64,000 nt of DNA from Proteobacteria bacterium UBA4457 (lineage in GTDB: Bacteria > Pseudomonadota > Gammaproteobacteria > Ga0077536). This document shows, one piece after another, positions 51,704 through 62,622 of the stretch (position 1 is its first letter; each line of letters opens with the position of its first letter). The position numbers and the translations under genes are program-made. The notes beneath the pieces were generated by a model. The model was not told the origin of the DNA and ran no database searches. It saw only the letters and a program-made list of their open reading frames with translations. The stretch covers positions 11,802 to 75,801 of the forward strand of contig DGOV01000019.1 in NCBI GenBank assembly GCA_002390205.1, read 5' to 3'.

Positions 51704-51970
51704 ATGTTTTTAATCATCGCTAGGAAGCTGCCTTAATTTGCGTAAAACAAGCGCTCAGCTTGAGATGGAAAAATGTCTATTATCCATGTAACCGTTGAGA
51801 TTGCGTCATGATAATGATAACAGCACTCGCCAGTGCAAACCTATTTTAAAACAGAAGGAATAGATTTTTTTGATCTTTGAGCTCTCTGAAAGATTAGAAT
51901 ATGATTAAGTACTTAGTTGTAATTATAATCTAGTGAAAAGTGAGCCACTCATATTGAGAAAGGGTTTCGG

Positions 51971-53416
51971 ATGACGATTGAATCTGAGTTGCGAAAATTT
52001 CTGCCTCCTGAGCGCTGCTTGTCGTCTAATGAGGCGATGAGGCCTTACGAATGTGACGGTTTATCTGCGTATCAACAAACTCCTTTGATAGTTGTTATCC
52101 CAGCTACTGTTGATGAGGTGATTAAGATAGTAAATATATGTGCGGAACATTCTACCCCTCTTGTTACGCGCGGCTCTGGCACTGGCCTTTCTGGTGGTGC
52201 TTTGCCATTAGCTAACGGTTGTTTGATGAGTCTGGCCAAGATGAATAAGATTCTTTCGATTGACATTGAAAATTTGACAGCAACCTTGGAGCCGGGCGTA
52301 CGTAACGCTGCGATCAGTGATGTGGTTAGTGAGTATGGTCTCTATTATGCCCCAGACCCTTCATCTCAAATCGCATGCAGTATTGGGGGAAATGTTGCTG
52401 AGAATTCTGGTGGGTTGCATTGTCTTAAATACGGTTTGACTGTCCATAATGTCCTGGAAATCAAGGTAGTGACGATTGATGGAGAGCTATTAACTATTGG
52501 GTCGCGTGCACCGGATACTTCCGGCTTAGACTTGTTAGCTTTGATGCATGGCTCTGAGGGGTTACTAGGTGTTGTGGTAGAGGTTACGGTTAAGCTGTTG
52601 CCGAAGCCTGAGCAGGCACGTGTTATTTTGGCCTCTTTTGACAGTGTGGATAATGCCAGCTCGGCTGTGGAGGCTATAATCAGTGCAGGTGTTGTTCCCG
52701 CTGGGTTGGAAATGATGGATGAGCTGTCGGTAGAAGTCGCGGAAGACTACTGTAAAGCAGGCTACCCGCTTGGGTGTGCGGCCATCTTACTATGTGAACT
52801 AGACGGCGTTGAGGCCGAAGTGACTGCGGAAATCGATCGAGTAAGTAGGTTAATGAACAGCGCCGGCGCTACCCAGCTTCGTGTCTCTGAAACGGAGGCT
52901 GAAAGGCTTTTATACTGGAAAGGAAGGAAATCTGCGTTTCCGGCTCTGGGGAGGATAGCGCCTGACTACTATTGTATGGATGGCACTATCCCTAGGCGAT
53001 CTTTAGGGTTTGTGTTGAATCGTATTCATGAATTATCACTGACTTACGGATTACGAGTTGCTAACGTTTTTCATGCAGGTGACGGTAATCTACATCCACT
53101 AATTGCCTATGACGCAAATGTGGACTCTCAGCTAGAGCATGCGGAGAGGTTGGGTACTGAGATCCTAGCATTATGCGTTGAAGTTGGGGGCACTATTACT
53201 GGAGAACACGGGGTCGGTGTTGAAAAACTTGATGCGATGTGCATTCAATTTTCCGATAAAGAAATTAGTCAAATGCAGGCGATAAAAAAGGCTTTTGATT
53301 CTGAAAATCTCCTAAATCCTGGCAAGGCCATACCTTCTCTTCATCGCTGCGCTGAGCTTGGAGGAATGCATATCCACAATGGACAATTGCCTCACCCCGA
53401 AATAGAAAGGTTCTAG
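51971..53416 (+). CDS. glcD: Glycolate oxidase/dehydrogenase subunit GlcD (FAD-linked)
   Basis: YECDGL, RGSGTGLSGG, YAPDPSSQIACSIGGN, HCLKYG, FHAGDGNLHP, GEHGVG, HRCAE tail. Confidence 0.9.
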   Translation: MTIESELRKFLPPERCLSSNEAMRPYECDGLSAYQQTPLIVVIPATVDEVIKIVNICAEHSTPLVTRGSGTGLSGGALPLANGCLMSLAKMNKILSIDIENLTATLEPGVRNAAISDVVSEYGLYYAPDPSSQIACSIGGNVAENSGGLHCLKYGLTVHNVLEIKVVTIDGELLTIGSRAPDTSGLDLLALMHGSEGLLGVVVEVTVKLLPKPEQARVILASFDSVDNASSAVEAIISAGVVPAGLEMMDELSVEVAEDYCKAGYPLGCAAILLCELDGVEAEVTAEIDRVSRLMNSAGATQLRVSETEAERLLYWKGRKSAFPALGRIAPDYYCMDGTIPRRSLGFVLNRIHELSLTYGLRVANVFHAGDGNLHPLIAYDANVDSQLEHAERLGTEILALCVEVGGTITGEHGVGVEKLDAMCIQFSDKEISQMQAIKKAFDSENLLNPGKAIPSLHRCAELGGMHIHNGQLPHPEIERF

Positions 53417-53439
53417 GCGCTCTCCAAGGTTTTTCTAAT

Positions 53440-54900
53440 TTAAGTTTTTGTACCTCCCACAGTCAAGGAATTGATTTTTAGAGTGGGTTGGCCGACGCCT
53501 ACTGGCACTGATTGACCATTTTTACCGCAGGTGCCGACTCCGCTGTCTAGCTTTAGATCATTACCTACCATCGACACTTTGGTCAGAACATCTGGTCCGT
53601 CGCCGATCAGAGTGGCGCCTTTTACTGGATTGGTGATCTTTCCATTTTCTATGAGGTAAGCTTCACTGGCGCTAAATACAAATTTACCATTTGTGATGTC
53701 CACTTGCCCCCCACCAAAGCTAACGGCGTACAGTCCTTTTTTAACACTTTTTAGAATCTCTTCCGGAGGGTGTGCGCCTGGTTGCATGTAAGTATTAGTC
53801 ATTCTCGGCATTGGTCGATGCGCATAAGACTGGCGTCTTCCATTTCCTGTGGGTGAGGAGCCCATAAGCCCTGCATTTTGGCGGTCATGAAGATACCCTC
53901 TCAGATATCCGTTTTCTATAAGAGTGGTGCAACTTGAAAAAGTACCTTCATCGTCAATACTGAGAGAGCCGCGACGTTCATTAAGGGTGCCATCGTCAAC
54001 GACAGTGCAGCTCTCATGTGCAATTTTTTCCCCAATACGGCCAGAAAAAGCGGACGTCTTTTTCCGATTAAAGTCACCTTCTAATCCATGACCAATCGCT
54101 TCGTGAAGTAATATACCGGGCCATCCTGGGGCAAGCACTACAGTCATTTCCCCAGCAGGAGCATCCTCTGCTGATAAGTTAGTAATAGCTTGACGTAGAG
54201 CTTCGTCAGCTATTTTCTCCGCATTTCCTTCGCTGATCAGCTTTTTGTAGCTATGACGACCACCTCCACCGAAGCTTGCCGTCTCTTTTCTCCCTTTTTC
54301 CTCGACGATAACCGTAACGTTTAGCCTTACTAAGGGCCTGATATCACTCGCGAAGCCTCCATCAGAAGTGGCTACAAGAACGGTGCTATATTGTCCAGAG
54401 AGACTGGCTTTGACTTCGATAACGCGGTTATCTGCCGCCCGCAGGCGACTGTTTATTGAATTTAATAAATCTACTTTTGTTTGTGCGCTCATTTGTTCTA
54501 TGGGGTCTATGTTTTCATAATACGAAACCTTGTCAGTTCGAGTCTCAAGTTTGTATTCTCTGGTTTGTCCTCCGGCAACGATAGTGCGAGCAGCTTGTGC
54601 TGCGTTTTTTAGAGCACCAAAGGTAAGATCATCGGAATAGGCGAACCCAGTTTGTATGCCGGCAACTGTGCGTAATCCGCCGCCATGTAATATTTGGTGA
54701 GCACCTTCTTTAACGATGTTGTTTTCCATTAGCCATGATTCACTGCGAGTCGACTCTAAAAATACATCACTAAAGTCCACCGTGGGTCCGGAAAGCATCC
54801 CTATTATCGACTCTAAATGGTAGAGCTCTAGTTCGGTAGGGTCGAGTAGTCTAGCTCGTGCGTGTCCAAGTTCACTGTCTGTTGTTAAAGATTTTGTCAT
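53440..54900 (-). CDS. tldD: Metalloprotease TldD
   Basis: [37 protein letters not shown]. Confidence 0.96.
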   Translation of the reverse strand: MTKSLTTDSELGHARARLLDPTELELYHLESIIGMLSGPTVDFSDVFLESTRSESWLMENNIVKEGAHQILHGGGLRTVAGIQTGFAYSDDLTFGALKNAAQAARTIVAGGQTREYKLETRTDKVSYYENIDPIEQMSAQTKVDLLNSINSRLRAADNRVIEVKASLSGQYSTVLVATSDGGFASDIRPLVRLNVTVIVEEKGRKETASFGGGGRHSYKKLISEGNAEKIADEALRQAITNLSAEDAPAGEMTVVLAPGWPGILLHEAIGHGLEGDFNRKKTSAFSGRIGEKIAHESCTVVDDGTLNERRGSLSIDDEGTFSSCTTLIENGYLRGYLHDRQNAGLMGSSPTGNGRRQSYAHRPMPRMTNTYMQPGAHPPEEILKSVKKGLYAVSFGGGQVDITNGKFVFSASEAYLIENGKITNPVKGATLIGDGPDVLTKVSMVGNDLKLDSGVGTCGKNGQSVPVGVGQPTLKINSLTVGGTKT

Positions 54901-55007
54901 GCTTATTTCTTCTACCTAAGAATGGCTTAAGCAGACAGTTTAATAAAAATTGCTGTTATAATCGCGAACTTATTGTATTTTTGGCTCGTAATAGAAGAAT
55001 AAAACTT

Positions 55008-56189
55008 GTGACCACTGGATTTTCACGCATCGATCGTCTTCCTCCTTACGTCTTTAATGAAGTAAATAGTCTTAAAATGGCTGCGCGCTATAGGGGCGAG
55101 GACATAATAGACTTTGGTATGGGCAATCCCGATCAACCGACACCGCCGCATATTGTGGCAAAGCTTTGTGAAGCTGCAAATCGAGATGATACCCACAGAT
55201 ACTCGGTTTCTGCCGGTATTCCTCGACTTAGACGAGCTATATGTGCTTGGTATCGAAGACGATACGATGTGGTGCTGGACGCTGAAAGCGAATCCATCGT
55301 GACCATTGGTTCCAAAGAGGGGTTGGCGCATCTAGCAATGGCGACGGTAGGTGCTGGGGACACAGTTCTAGTGCCAAATCCAGCCTACCCTATTCACCCT
55401 TATGGATTCATAATCGCTGGTGCAGAAGTTCAATATGTCCCCGTTGGAGAAAATATCGATTTCTGTGAAGAGCTTCGTAAGGCAATTAAAACTGCAGCAC
55501 GGAAACCGAAGATGTTGCTTCTCAGTTTCCCAAGCAACCCAACTTCTCAGTGTGTGGAGCTACCTTTTTTTGAAGAAGTTGTTAAAATTACTCGGGAAAA
55601 TGGTATCTATGTTGTCCATGACTTGGCTTACGCTGATATTGTTTTTGACGGGTATAAGGCGCCCTCTATCATGCAGGTTGAGGGGGCAAGAGAGCATTGT
55701 GTTGAATTTTTTTCCTTATCAAAAAGTTATAGTATGCCAGGTTGGCGAGTCGGCTTTATGGTAGGTAACGCTGATTTGGTTGCTGCTCTAGCCAGACTTA
55801 AATCATACTTGGATTATGGGATTTTTACTCCTATTCAGGTTGCGGCTATAGCCGCGTTGGAGGGAAGTCAGGACTGTGTGATCGAGATCAGAGACATGTA
55901 TAAAACTAGGCGTGATGTGCTCTGTGAGGGAATGAATGCTGCGGGCTGGGAAGTTGTCGCCCCAAAAGCTACGATGTTTGTTTGGGCAAAAATACCTAAT
56001 TCTTTGCGTGCGCTAGGCTCAATGGAGTTTTCTAAAAAGCTATTGTCCGAAGGGAAAGTGGCGGTTTCTCCTGGACTAGGTTTTGGTAGCTTTGGAGATG
56101 AGTACGTGCGGTTTTCTCTAATTGAGAACGTGCACAGGACTCGACAAGCAATTCGAGGAATAAAGGGTTTAATGCGCAATGTTGATTAG
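55008..56189 (+). CDS. alaC: Alanine transaminase AlaC (start placed at GTG 55008)
   Basis: [39 protein letters not shown]; precedes hom-thrC. Confidence 0.88.
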   Translation: MTTGFSRIDRLPPYVFNEVNSLKMAARYRGEDIIDFGMGNPDQPTPPHIVAKLCEAANRDDTHRYSVSAGIPRLRRAICAWYRRRYDVVLDAESESIVTIGSKEGLAHLAMATVGAGDTVLVPNPAYPIHPYGFIIAGAEVQYVPVGENIDFCEELRKAIKTAARKPKMLLLSFPSNPTSQCVELPFFEEVVKITRENGIYVVHDLAYADIVFDGYKAPSIMQVEGAREHCVEFFSLSKSYSMPGWRVGFMVGNADLVAALARLKSYLDYGIFTPIQVAAIAALEGSQDCVIEIRDMYKTRRDVLCEGMNAAGWEVVAPKATMFVWAKIPNSLRALGSMEFSKKLLSEGKVAVSPGLGFGSFGDEYVRFSLIENVHRTRQAIRGIKGLMRNVD

Positions 56190-56198
56190 CAACCGAAG

Positions 56199-57527
56199 AT
56201 GGATGAGGCTCAGAAGCCAATGCAAGTAATTAAAGTTGGCTTGTTAGGCCTTGGCACTGTTGGTGCAAGCGTGATTCGTATTTTACAAAAAAACAAAGTC
56301 GCGATCGAAGAGAAATGTGGGTGCAGCTTTGAAGTCATTATTGCTTGTGCCCGGGATCTAGAAAAGGCCAGAGATTGCTCGCTGGACGGACTCATTCTAA
56401 CGACTGATCCTCTTGAGGTAGTGAGCCACCCAGAGGTTGAAGTAGTAGTGGAGCTAATGGGTGGAACAAGTATAGCGCTAGAAGTTTTGATAGAAGCAAT
56501 CGAAAAATCCAAGCACGTAGTGACTGCAAATAAAGCGGTTATAGCATTGCATGGGAATGAGTTGATTGGAACTGCGAAGCGAAATGATATTTTCTTAGGT
56601 TTCGAAGCAGCAATCGCGGGCAGTATCCCTGTTGTTAAAACGTTACGCGAATCGTTGGTAGGAAATTCTATTAGTAAGATTGTTGGGATAGTTAACGGCA
56701 CTTGCAATTTCATGCTTTCCGGAATGTCTGAGTCTGGGTGCAGTTTCGGGGCTATTTTAAAAGAGGCACAAACGCTGGGTTATGCCGAAGCCGACCCATC
56801 TTTTGACGTTGATGGTATTGATGCCGGGCATAAACTGGCTATTCTGGCATCTCTTGCGTTTGGTGGCGCCATTCAGTTTGAAAAAGTGTCTATTGATGGA
56901 ATAAGAGAAATTTTAGTTGATGACCTAGTTTATGCAGACGCGCTGGGATATAAGGTAAAACACCTTGCTCTAGCTAATAAGGGCGTTTCGGGTATTGAAT
57001 TACGAGTGCACCCCACACTAATTCCAAAGGGACATGTTTTAGCCAATATCGATGGTGTGCTTAATGCAGTGTTAATTGACGCGGAGGAAACAGGCCCTCT
57101 TCTTTTGTCAGGAGCCGGCGCAGGCGGCGACGCCACCGCTTCTTCAGTTATAAGTGACTTGGTTAGTCTTGCCGCGAAATCAAGTCAAAAACAAAACATT
57201 CAGCGCGCTGAGTTTCGAGCGAAATCCGATCTTAGCTCCGAGGTGAACGTCTTGCCTATTGAAAATATTTCTAGTGCTTACTATCTGCGTATACAAGCGC
57301 TCGACAAACCCGGAGTCCTGGCTGAAATCAGCCAAAATTTAGCTTCATCTGAAGTAAGTATTGAGGCTATAAGGCAGCAAGAGTCTTATGGCGATGACGG
57401 CTCTGTTCCCATAATTATTATTACCCGAAAAATCACTGAAGCTGCGATAGCAAATGCTTGTAAGCATATTGGTAATTCAGACAACGTGTGTGGTGATATA
57501 GTACGTTACAGAGTGGAGAGTCCTTAG
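56199..57527 (+). CDS. hom: Homoserine dehydrogenase with ACT domain
   Basis: GLGTVG, VTANK, NGTCN, GYAEADP, GAGAG. Confidence 0.96.
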   Translation: MDEAQKPMQVIKVGLLGLGTVGASVIRILQKNKVAIEEKCGCSFEVIIACARDLEKARDCSLDGLILTTDPLEVVSHPEVEVVVELMGGTSIALEVLIEAIEKSKHVVTANKAVIALHGNELIGTAKRNDIFLGFEAAIAGSIPVVKTLRESLVGNSISKIVGIVNGTCNFMLSGMSESGCSFGAILKEAQTLGYAEADPSFDVDGIDAGHKLAILASLAFGGAIQFEKVSIDGIREILVDDLVYADALGYKVKHLALANKGVSGIELRVHPTLIPKGHVLANIDGVLNAVLIDAEETGPLLLSGAGAGGDATASSVISDLVSLAAKSSQKQNIQRAEFRAKSDLSSEVNVLPIENISSAYYLRIQALDKPGVLAEISQNLASSEVSIEAIRQQESYGDDGSVPIIIITRKITEAAIANACKHIGNSDNVCGDIVRYRVESP

Positions 57528-58661
57528 ATGAATAAAAACACACGTTATGATGGCTTGATAGCTCGATACAGGGCTAGGTTGCCTATTGATAGTGAAACGA
57601 AAATCATTAGCTTGTGTGAAGGTGATACTCCGTTAATTAGACTAGACAACATTATGAAGTCTATTGGGCACGATATCGAGTTATACGCTAAATTTGACGG
57701 TACCAACCCTACAGGTTCTTTTAAGGACCGTGGGATGACGATGGCTGTTACACAAGCTATCAAAGAGGGTGCTGAGGCGATAATTTGTGCATCTACAGGA
57801 AACACATCGGCCTCCGCTGCCGCCTATGCCTCTCGCGCAGGTATAAAAGCATTTGTTCTAATCCCAGAAGGAAAAATTGCGCTGGGTAAGTTGGCGCAAG
57901 CTATGATTCAAGGAGCCGTTGTCATTCAGATTGAAGGTAATTTTGACGATGGCATGCAGATTGTGAAGAGTCTCGAATCCGCAGCTCCAGTGACTATAGT
58001 CAATTCCGTCAACCCATACAGACTGCAGGGCCAAAAGACTGCCGCGTTTGAGATAATTGATGCGCTGGGTAGAGCGCCGGACTTCCACTGTGTGCCTGTC
58101 GGTAATGCGGGCAACATCAGTGCTTACTGGGCAGGGTTCTGCGAGTATGCATCTATTCCTAAATCAGATTGGGCTCGCGCTGGTGCTGAATTTGACTTTG
58201 CTTATAGCTTTCCACCAGTAGTTGCATCACGGCCGAAAATTTTGGGGTATCAAGCCTCTCTTGCCGATCCTTTTGTTCGTCGTGAAATGGTTAAGGAGCC
58301 TGAAACGATAGCGACAGCTATCCGCATCGGGCGGCCCCAGTCCTGGGACTATGCTTGGGGCGCAAGTGGAGAATCTGGTGGATGGTTTGATTCCATGAGC
58401 GATGAAGAGATATTAAAAACGCAAAAAGTGCTGGCAGAAAAAGAAGGAATATTTTGTGAGCCGGCCTCTGCGATTAGTCTGGGCGGAGTGATGAGAGATA
58501 TTGTAAATGGGAAAATTCCGGACGGAAGTGTAATCACATGCACATTGACCGGTCATGGCTTGAAAGATCCTGACACTGCAATAAATCAGTGTGCTGGAGG
58601 GACAATAAAAGTCCCAGCAAAATTGGATGCAGTAAAGCGGGCTATACTTGACAGTATGTAA
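57528..58661 (+). CDS. thrC: Threonine synthase
   Basis: NPTGSFKDRG, CASTGNTS, PVGNAGN, FCEPASA, TGHGLKD. Confidence 0.96.
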   Translation: MNKNTRYDGLIARYRARLPIDSETKIISLCEGDTPLIRLDNIMKSIGHDIELYAKFDGTNPTGSFKDRGMTMAVTQAIKEGAEAIICASTGNTSASAAAYASRAGIKAFVLIPEGKIALGKLAQAMIQGAVVIQIEGNFDDGMQIVKSLESAAPVTIVNSVNPYRLQGQKTAAFEIIDALGRAPDFHCVPVGNAGNISAYWAGFCEYASIPKSDWARAGAEFDFAYSFPPVVASRPKILGYQASLADPFVRREMVKEPETIATAIRIGRPQSWDYAWGASGESGGWFDSMSDEEILKTQKVLAEKEGIFCEPASAISLGGVMRDIVNGKIPDGSVITCTLTGHGLKDPDTAINQCAGGTIKVPAKLDAVKRAILDSM

Positions 58662-58668
58662 TCATCAG

Positions 58669-59685
58669 ATGAAAAGCGATTCGCCTAGACTTGAAATATT
58701 CTTTCCTGAACCCCAAAGATATCTGCTCCCTAGTACAAACCCAAGTGATGCTATTAATAAGCCCTTAGAGCGGGCGCTTAGCCGCGCTGGGGTTTCTTCA
58801 AGGCTCTCTCGTTACTTTGTTCAGGAGGTTTTGGCGTACTTTGAGATAACTGGAGAATCGGGTGATATTCCTTCGGTGGCGGCCTTGTTCTCTCAATATG
58901 ACTCTGGTAAGACGTCTGCAGCTAATCTTATCAATGTGGCACCGGTTTATTTGAGGGCAGATCCTAGTCGATTACTCATGTTTGATGCTCCTGTGATTGA
59001 ACTCACTGAGGATGAATCTCTTGAATTATTCCATGAAGTATCTAAATTTTTTCTCGAGGATGGTCATAAGCTCAGTTATGGTTCTGCTGGACGGTGGTAT
59101 TTGGAGTGCGACGATACATTATCATTTTATAATGCTGATCCATTTGAGTTGCGCGGCATGCCTCTAGAACCTAGCGCGACAGATAGGAGAGCATTAGGCG
59201 TCTTTGGCAAGATGATGACAGAAGCTCAGATGATATTGTATGAATCCAGTGTTAACCAGGCGCGAATTTCGCTGGGAAAGACACCAATAAATAGCTTGTG
59301 GTTCTGGGGTGCAGGATCAACTCCTGTTAGAAGCGCGACTAATGAAGGTATTTTTTTTGGAAAAGACGATTTCTCCGCATCATGTGCTTCTTTCTTTAGT
59401 TGTGACTATTCTCAGAATATTCTAGAGTTGCCAGAACAACTGGAAGCAGTGAAAGGTGTCACGACAATTATACTGCCGCCGCATAGAGACGATAGCTTTA
59501 TCATAGAGTTTTTAGAAAAAGTCTTCCCGCAAATATTGTTGGCGCTCAGAAAGAGTTCAGTTTTTTCCGTTACTATTGCATCTAATCGCCAAAAGTATTC
59601 CATTACCTCGCGAACTCAATGTCGGTTTTGGCGTGCGAGTAAAACGCTTGAGAACTTACTCGGGAAAACGGTCAGTGAGTTTTAG
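58669..59685 (+). CDS. RpfE-type / ApgM-like uncharacterised protein
   Basis: APVYLRAD and NQAR..GKTPINSLWFWGAG motifs; immediately upstream of recJ. Confidence 0.65.
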   Translation: MKSDSPRLEIFFPEPQRYLLPSTNPSDAINKPLERALSRAGVSSRLSRYFVQEVLAYFEITGESGDIPSVAALFSQYDSGKTSAANLINVAPVYLRADPSRLLMFDAPVIELTEDESLELFHEVSKFFLEDGHKLSYGSAGRWYLECDDTLSFYNADPFELRGMPLEPSATDRRALGVFGKMMTEAQMILYESSVNQARISLGKTPINSLWFWGAGSTPVRSATNEGIFFGKDDFSASCASFFSCDYSQNILELPEQLEAVKGVTTIILPPHRDDSFIIEFLEKVFPQILLALRKSSVFSVTIASNRQKYSITSRTQCRFWRASKTLENLLGKTVSEF

Positions 59686-61420
59686 CGGTCTGCAGCTCAA
59701 GCCCAAGATCGTCCGAAGATCGACGAATGATGTGTCGACTCTATCCCAAAGCATGCACCACATCATTAGTCGAGTGCTGCAGTTCCGAGGAGTGCTTGCC
59801 TCTGAGCAACTTGATATCTCAATTAGTGGACTACATACACAGGAACTTCTAAGTGGAATAGATAAGGCAGAAGCCTTAATTGTGGATGCTGTTCGCTCAG
59901 ATAAAAAGATACTTATAGTCGGCGACTATGATGCGGATGGTGCGACAAGTATCGCTGTGGCTATTCGGGCTTTACGTAGTATGGGTGCGCAGAATGTAGA
60001 ATACCTAGTTCCGAACAGGTTTGGATTTGGATACGGCTTAACTGTAGAGATTGTTGAGGTTGCAAAAAAAATGCAACCAGATTTGATTATTACAGTAGAC
60101 AATGGAATTTCCAGCATCAGCGGCGTCGCGGCTGCTAAAGCTAGCGGGATAAGTGTGTTGGTTACCGATCATCACTTGCCGGGAGAAACTCTGCCTGCTG
60201 CTGATGCCATTATAAATCCGAATTTATTCGGTGATAAATTCCCGAGCAAAATGCTTGCTGGTGTAGGTGTGATTTTTTATGTCATGGCCGCTGTACGACG
60301 GCGACTACGCGAGGCCGATTGGTTTAAGCGCAAGAACATCGATGAGCCAAAGCTTAGTAATTTGCTCGATCTGGTCGCTTTGGGAACGATAGCTGATGTC
60401 GTGCCTTTAGATCAAAACAATCGTCGCCTGGTAGATTATGGATTGCGACTTATTCGACAAGGGCGTGGGCAACCAGGTATATCAGCGATAATTGAAGCGG
60501 CTAACAAGAAATCTGCAGAAATCCGTAGCAGCGATCTCGGATTTGTTGTCGGCCCGAGACTTAATGCGGCTGGACGTCTCGCAGACATGTCACTTGGTGT
60601 TGAGTGCCTACTTAGCGATGAACCAGCGCGATGCAAAGAAATAGCTATTCAACTATCTGATTTGAATATTCAAAGACGTGAAATAGAAGATAAAATGAGA
60701 GAGAAGGCGTTCAGCTTAATTTCAACGTCTCTTGTCGATGATGCTTCTCTGGCCCCTGCGATGTGCCTGTTTCATGAAGATTGGCATCAAGGTGTTGTTG
60801 GTATAGTGGCTGCCAGAGTGAAAGAACAATTTTACCGTCCTACAATTGCATTCGCATTAGTGGACAATAATGTGCTTAAAGGTTCCGCGCGTTCGATCCA
60901 AGGTGTACATGTTCGAGATGTACTTGCTCGGGTATCAAGTCGCAATGAAGGGTTGATAATTAGTTTTGGCGGGCATGCAGCAGCGGCAGGTCTGTCAATT
61001 AAGCGATCTGATTTCAACGAATTCTCGAACAAATTCGAAGAGGGAGTTTCAGAGGTTTTAGATGCCGATACATTGAATAGGACTATCTCTACTGATGGCC
61101 TACTGTTAGCAGAGGACATGAGCTTGGCCTTAGCTGAAGAATTGGAATCAGTCTCTCCGTGGGGCCAAGCGTTCCCTGAACCTCGATTTGATGGAGTATT
61201 CACAATAAAAGACAGAAGGATTGTAGGTTCTAATCACGCACGACTGACATTAGAACCCGCTGAATCTGGAAAGCGGATCCCAGCGATCATGTTTGGAGGC
61301 GCTGATGAGAGCTGGTACGCTGATACTAATGTGATAAGGATAGTTTATCGACTCACTATTAATCGCTTTCGTAATCAAAAGACTTTGCAACTAATGATTG
61401 AGTATGCTGAGGCCGTTTAA
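59675..61420 (+). CDS. recJ: ssDNA exonuclease RecJ (start approximate)
   Basis: GDYDADG, PNRF..GYG, TVDNG, TDHH, LGTIAD, PRLNAAGR, GGHAAAAG. Confidence 0.96.
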   Translation: MSFSGLQLKPKIVRRSTNDVSTLSQSMHHIISRVLQFRGVLASEQLDISISGLHTQELLSGIDKAEALIVDAVRSDKKILIVGDYDADGATSIAVAIRALRSMGAQNVEYLVPNRFGFGYGLTVEIVEVAKKMQPDLIITVDNGISSISGVAAAKASGISVLVTDHHLPGETLPAADAIINPNLFGDKFPSKMLAGVGVIFYVMAAVRRRLREADWFKRKNIDEPKLSNLLDLVALGTIADVVPLDQNNRRLVDYGLRLIRQGRGQPGISAIIEAANKKSAEIRSSDLGFVVGPRLNAAGRLADMSLGVECLLSDEPARCKEIAIQLSDLNIQRREIEDKMREKAFSLISTSLVDDASLAPAMCLFHEDWHQGVVGIVAARVKEQFYRPTIAFALVDNNVLKGSARSIQGVHVRDVLARVSSRNEGLIISFGGHAAAAGLSIKRSDFNEFSNKFEEGVSEVLDADTLNRTISTDGLLLAEDMSLALAEELESVSPWGQAFPEPRFDGVFTIKDRRIVGSNHARLTLEPAESGKRIPAIMFGGADESWYADTNVIRIVYRLTINRFRNQKTLQLMIEYAEAV

Positions 61421-61511
61421 TTTCAGCATAATACAAGGCATACTGCGTTTCCCCAAGTAGCCCAATGGCGCTACAATGAGGCAAGCCAATTACAAATTGT
61501 TAGCAAACATT

Positions 61512-62607
61512 ATGGAATTAAATCCGATTTTCAATCTCGCGAGGGACCTTATCTCGCGGGTACAGTCACTTAGGGGGTATCTTTGACTATACTTCCAAAA
61601 GAGAAAGACTCTCCGAAGTAGAGCTTGAGCTTCAGGTGCCAACTATCTGGGATACGCCGAAAATCGCGCAAGAGCTAGGGAAAGAAAAAGTTGGTCTTGA
61701 GAGGGTTGTGAATTCTATTGACGCATTAGAATCACAGTTAAAAGATGCTGAAGAATTGCTAGAATTGGTGAAAGAAGAAGGCGATGAGCATACTGCGCAG
61801 GCAGTGAAAATCGATATTTGTAAAGCTGAGGAATTGGTCGAAAGCCTGGAGTTTCAGAGGATGTTTTCGGGTGAAGCCGATCACTGTAGCGCATTCCTCG
61901 ATATTCAGGCAGGCTCGGGTGGGACTGAGGCTCAAGACTGGGCGGAGATGTTGTTAAGGATGTATCTGAAGTGGGGCGAATCGCATCAGTTTGTTTCTGA
62001 ATTGATAGAAGTTTCTCCTGGCGATGTAGCTGGGATAAAAAGTGCTACCGTTAAATTTTCTGGCGACTATGCTTTTGGGTGGTTACGAACAGAGACGGGA
62101 GTTCATCGTCTTGTTAGGAAGTCTCCTTTTGATTCAAGTAGCCGGAGACACACTTCTTTCGCTTCTGTTTTCGTAGCTCCTGAAATCGATGATGATATTG
62201 TAATTGATATTAATACTTCTGATATTAGAGTTGATACTTACCGAGCTAGCGGAGCGGGTGGACAGCATATTAACAAGACGGACTCCGCTGTTCGGCTAAC
62301 GCATAAGCCGACAGGGATAGTAGTGCAATGTCAGAATGAGCGTTCTCAACATAAAAATCGAGATCAGGCTATGAAGCTTTTGCGCAGTAAGATGTATGAG
62401 CAAGAAATGTTGAAGCGAGCAGAACATCAGCAAGTTTTAGAAGATAGTAAGGCCGATATTGGTTGGGGATCGCAGATCAGGTCTTATGTATTAGACCAGT
62501 CCCGTATCAAAGACTTACGTACTAATGTTGAAACGGGAAACACACAAGCAGTACTGGACGGTGGTCTGGATGTATTTATTGAAGCAAGTTTAAGGAATGG
62601 ACTGTAG
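61512..62607 (+). CDS. prfB: Peptide chain release factor 2, with programmed +1 frameshift
   Basis: ORF1 MELNPIF...LRGYL ends at AGGGGGTATCTTTGAC (CTT 61581, TGA 61584); the +1 frame continues into the ORF with SPF and GGQ motifs. Confidence 0.97.
61572..61587 (+). promoter_or_regulatory. prfB frameshift site (internal SD + CTT TGA C)
   Basis: AGGGGG-TAT-CTTTGAC, canonical RF2 autoregulatory element. Confidence 0.95.
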
Positions 62608-62622
62608 TCTGAGGGTTTTTCA

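Noticed and set aside
48231..51713. Run of plus-strand ORFs opposite yhdP
   Set aside because: Antisense shadows of a long coding frame; no motifs or RBS. The same applies to the other short nested ORFs in the track
51810..51828. Fur-box-like GATAATGATAACAGCACTC between yhdP and glcD
   Set aside because: Only the left half matches in an AT-rich region, and the flanking genes are not typical Fur targets
54858..55007. 50-aa N-terminal extension of AlaC in the ORF track
   Set aside because: Overlaps the tldD start and the divergent promoter; family similarity begins at about GTG 55008
59576..59674. N-terminal extension of RecJ in the ORF track
   Set aside because: Lies inside the upstream gene; RecJ-like sequence starts near KIVRR
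61455..61480. GTAGCCCAATGG resembling a tRNA D-arm
   Set aside because: No anticodon arm, TTC loop or acceptor stem; likely part of the prfB promoter region
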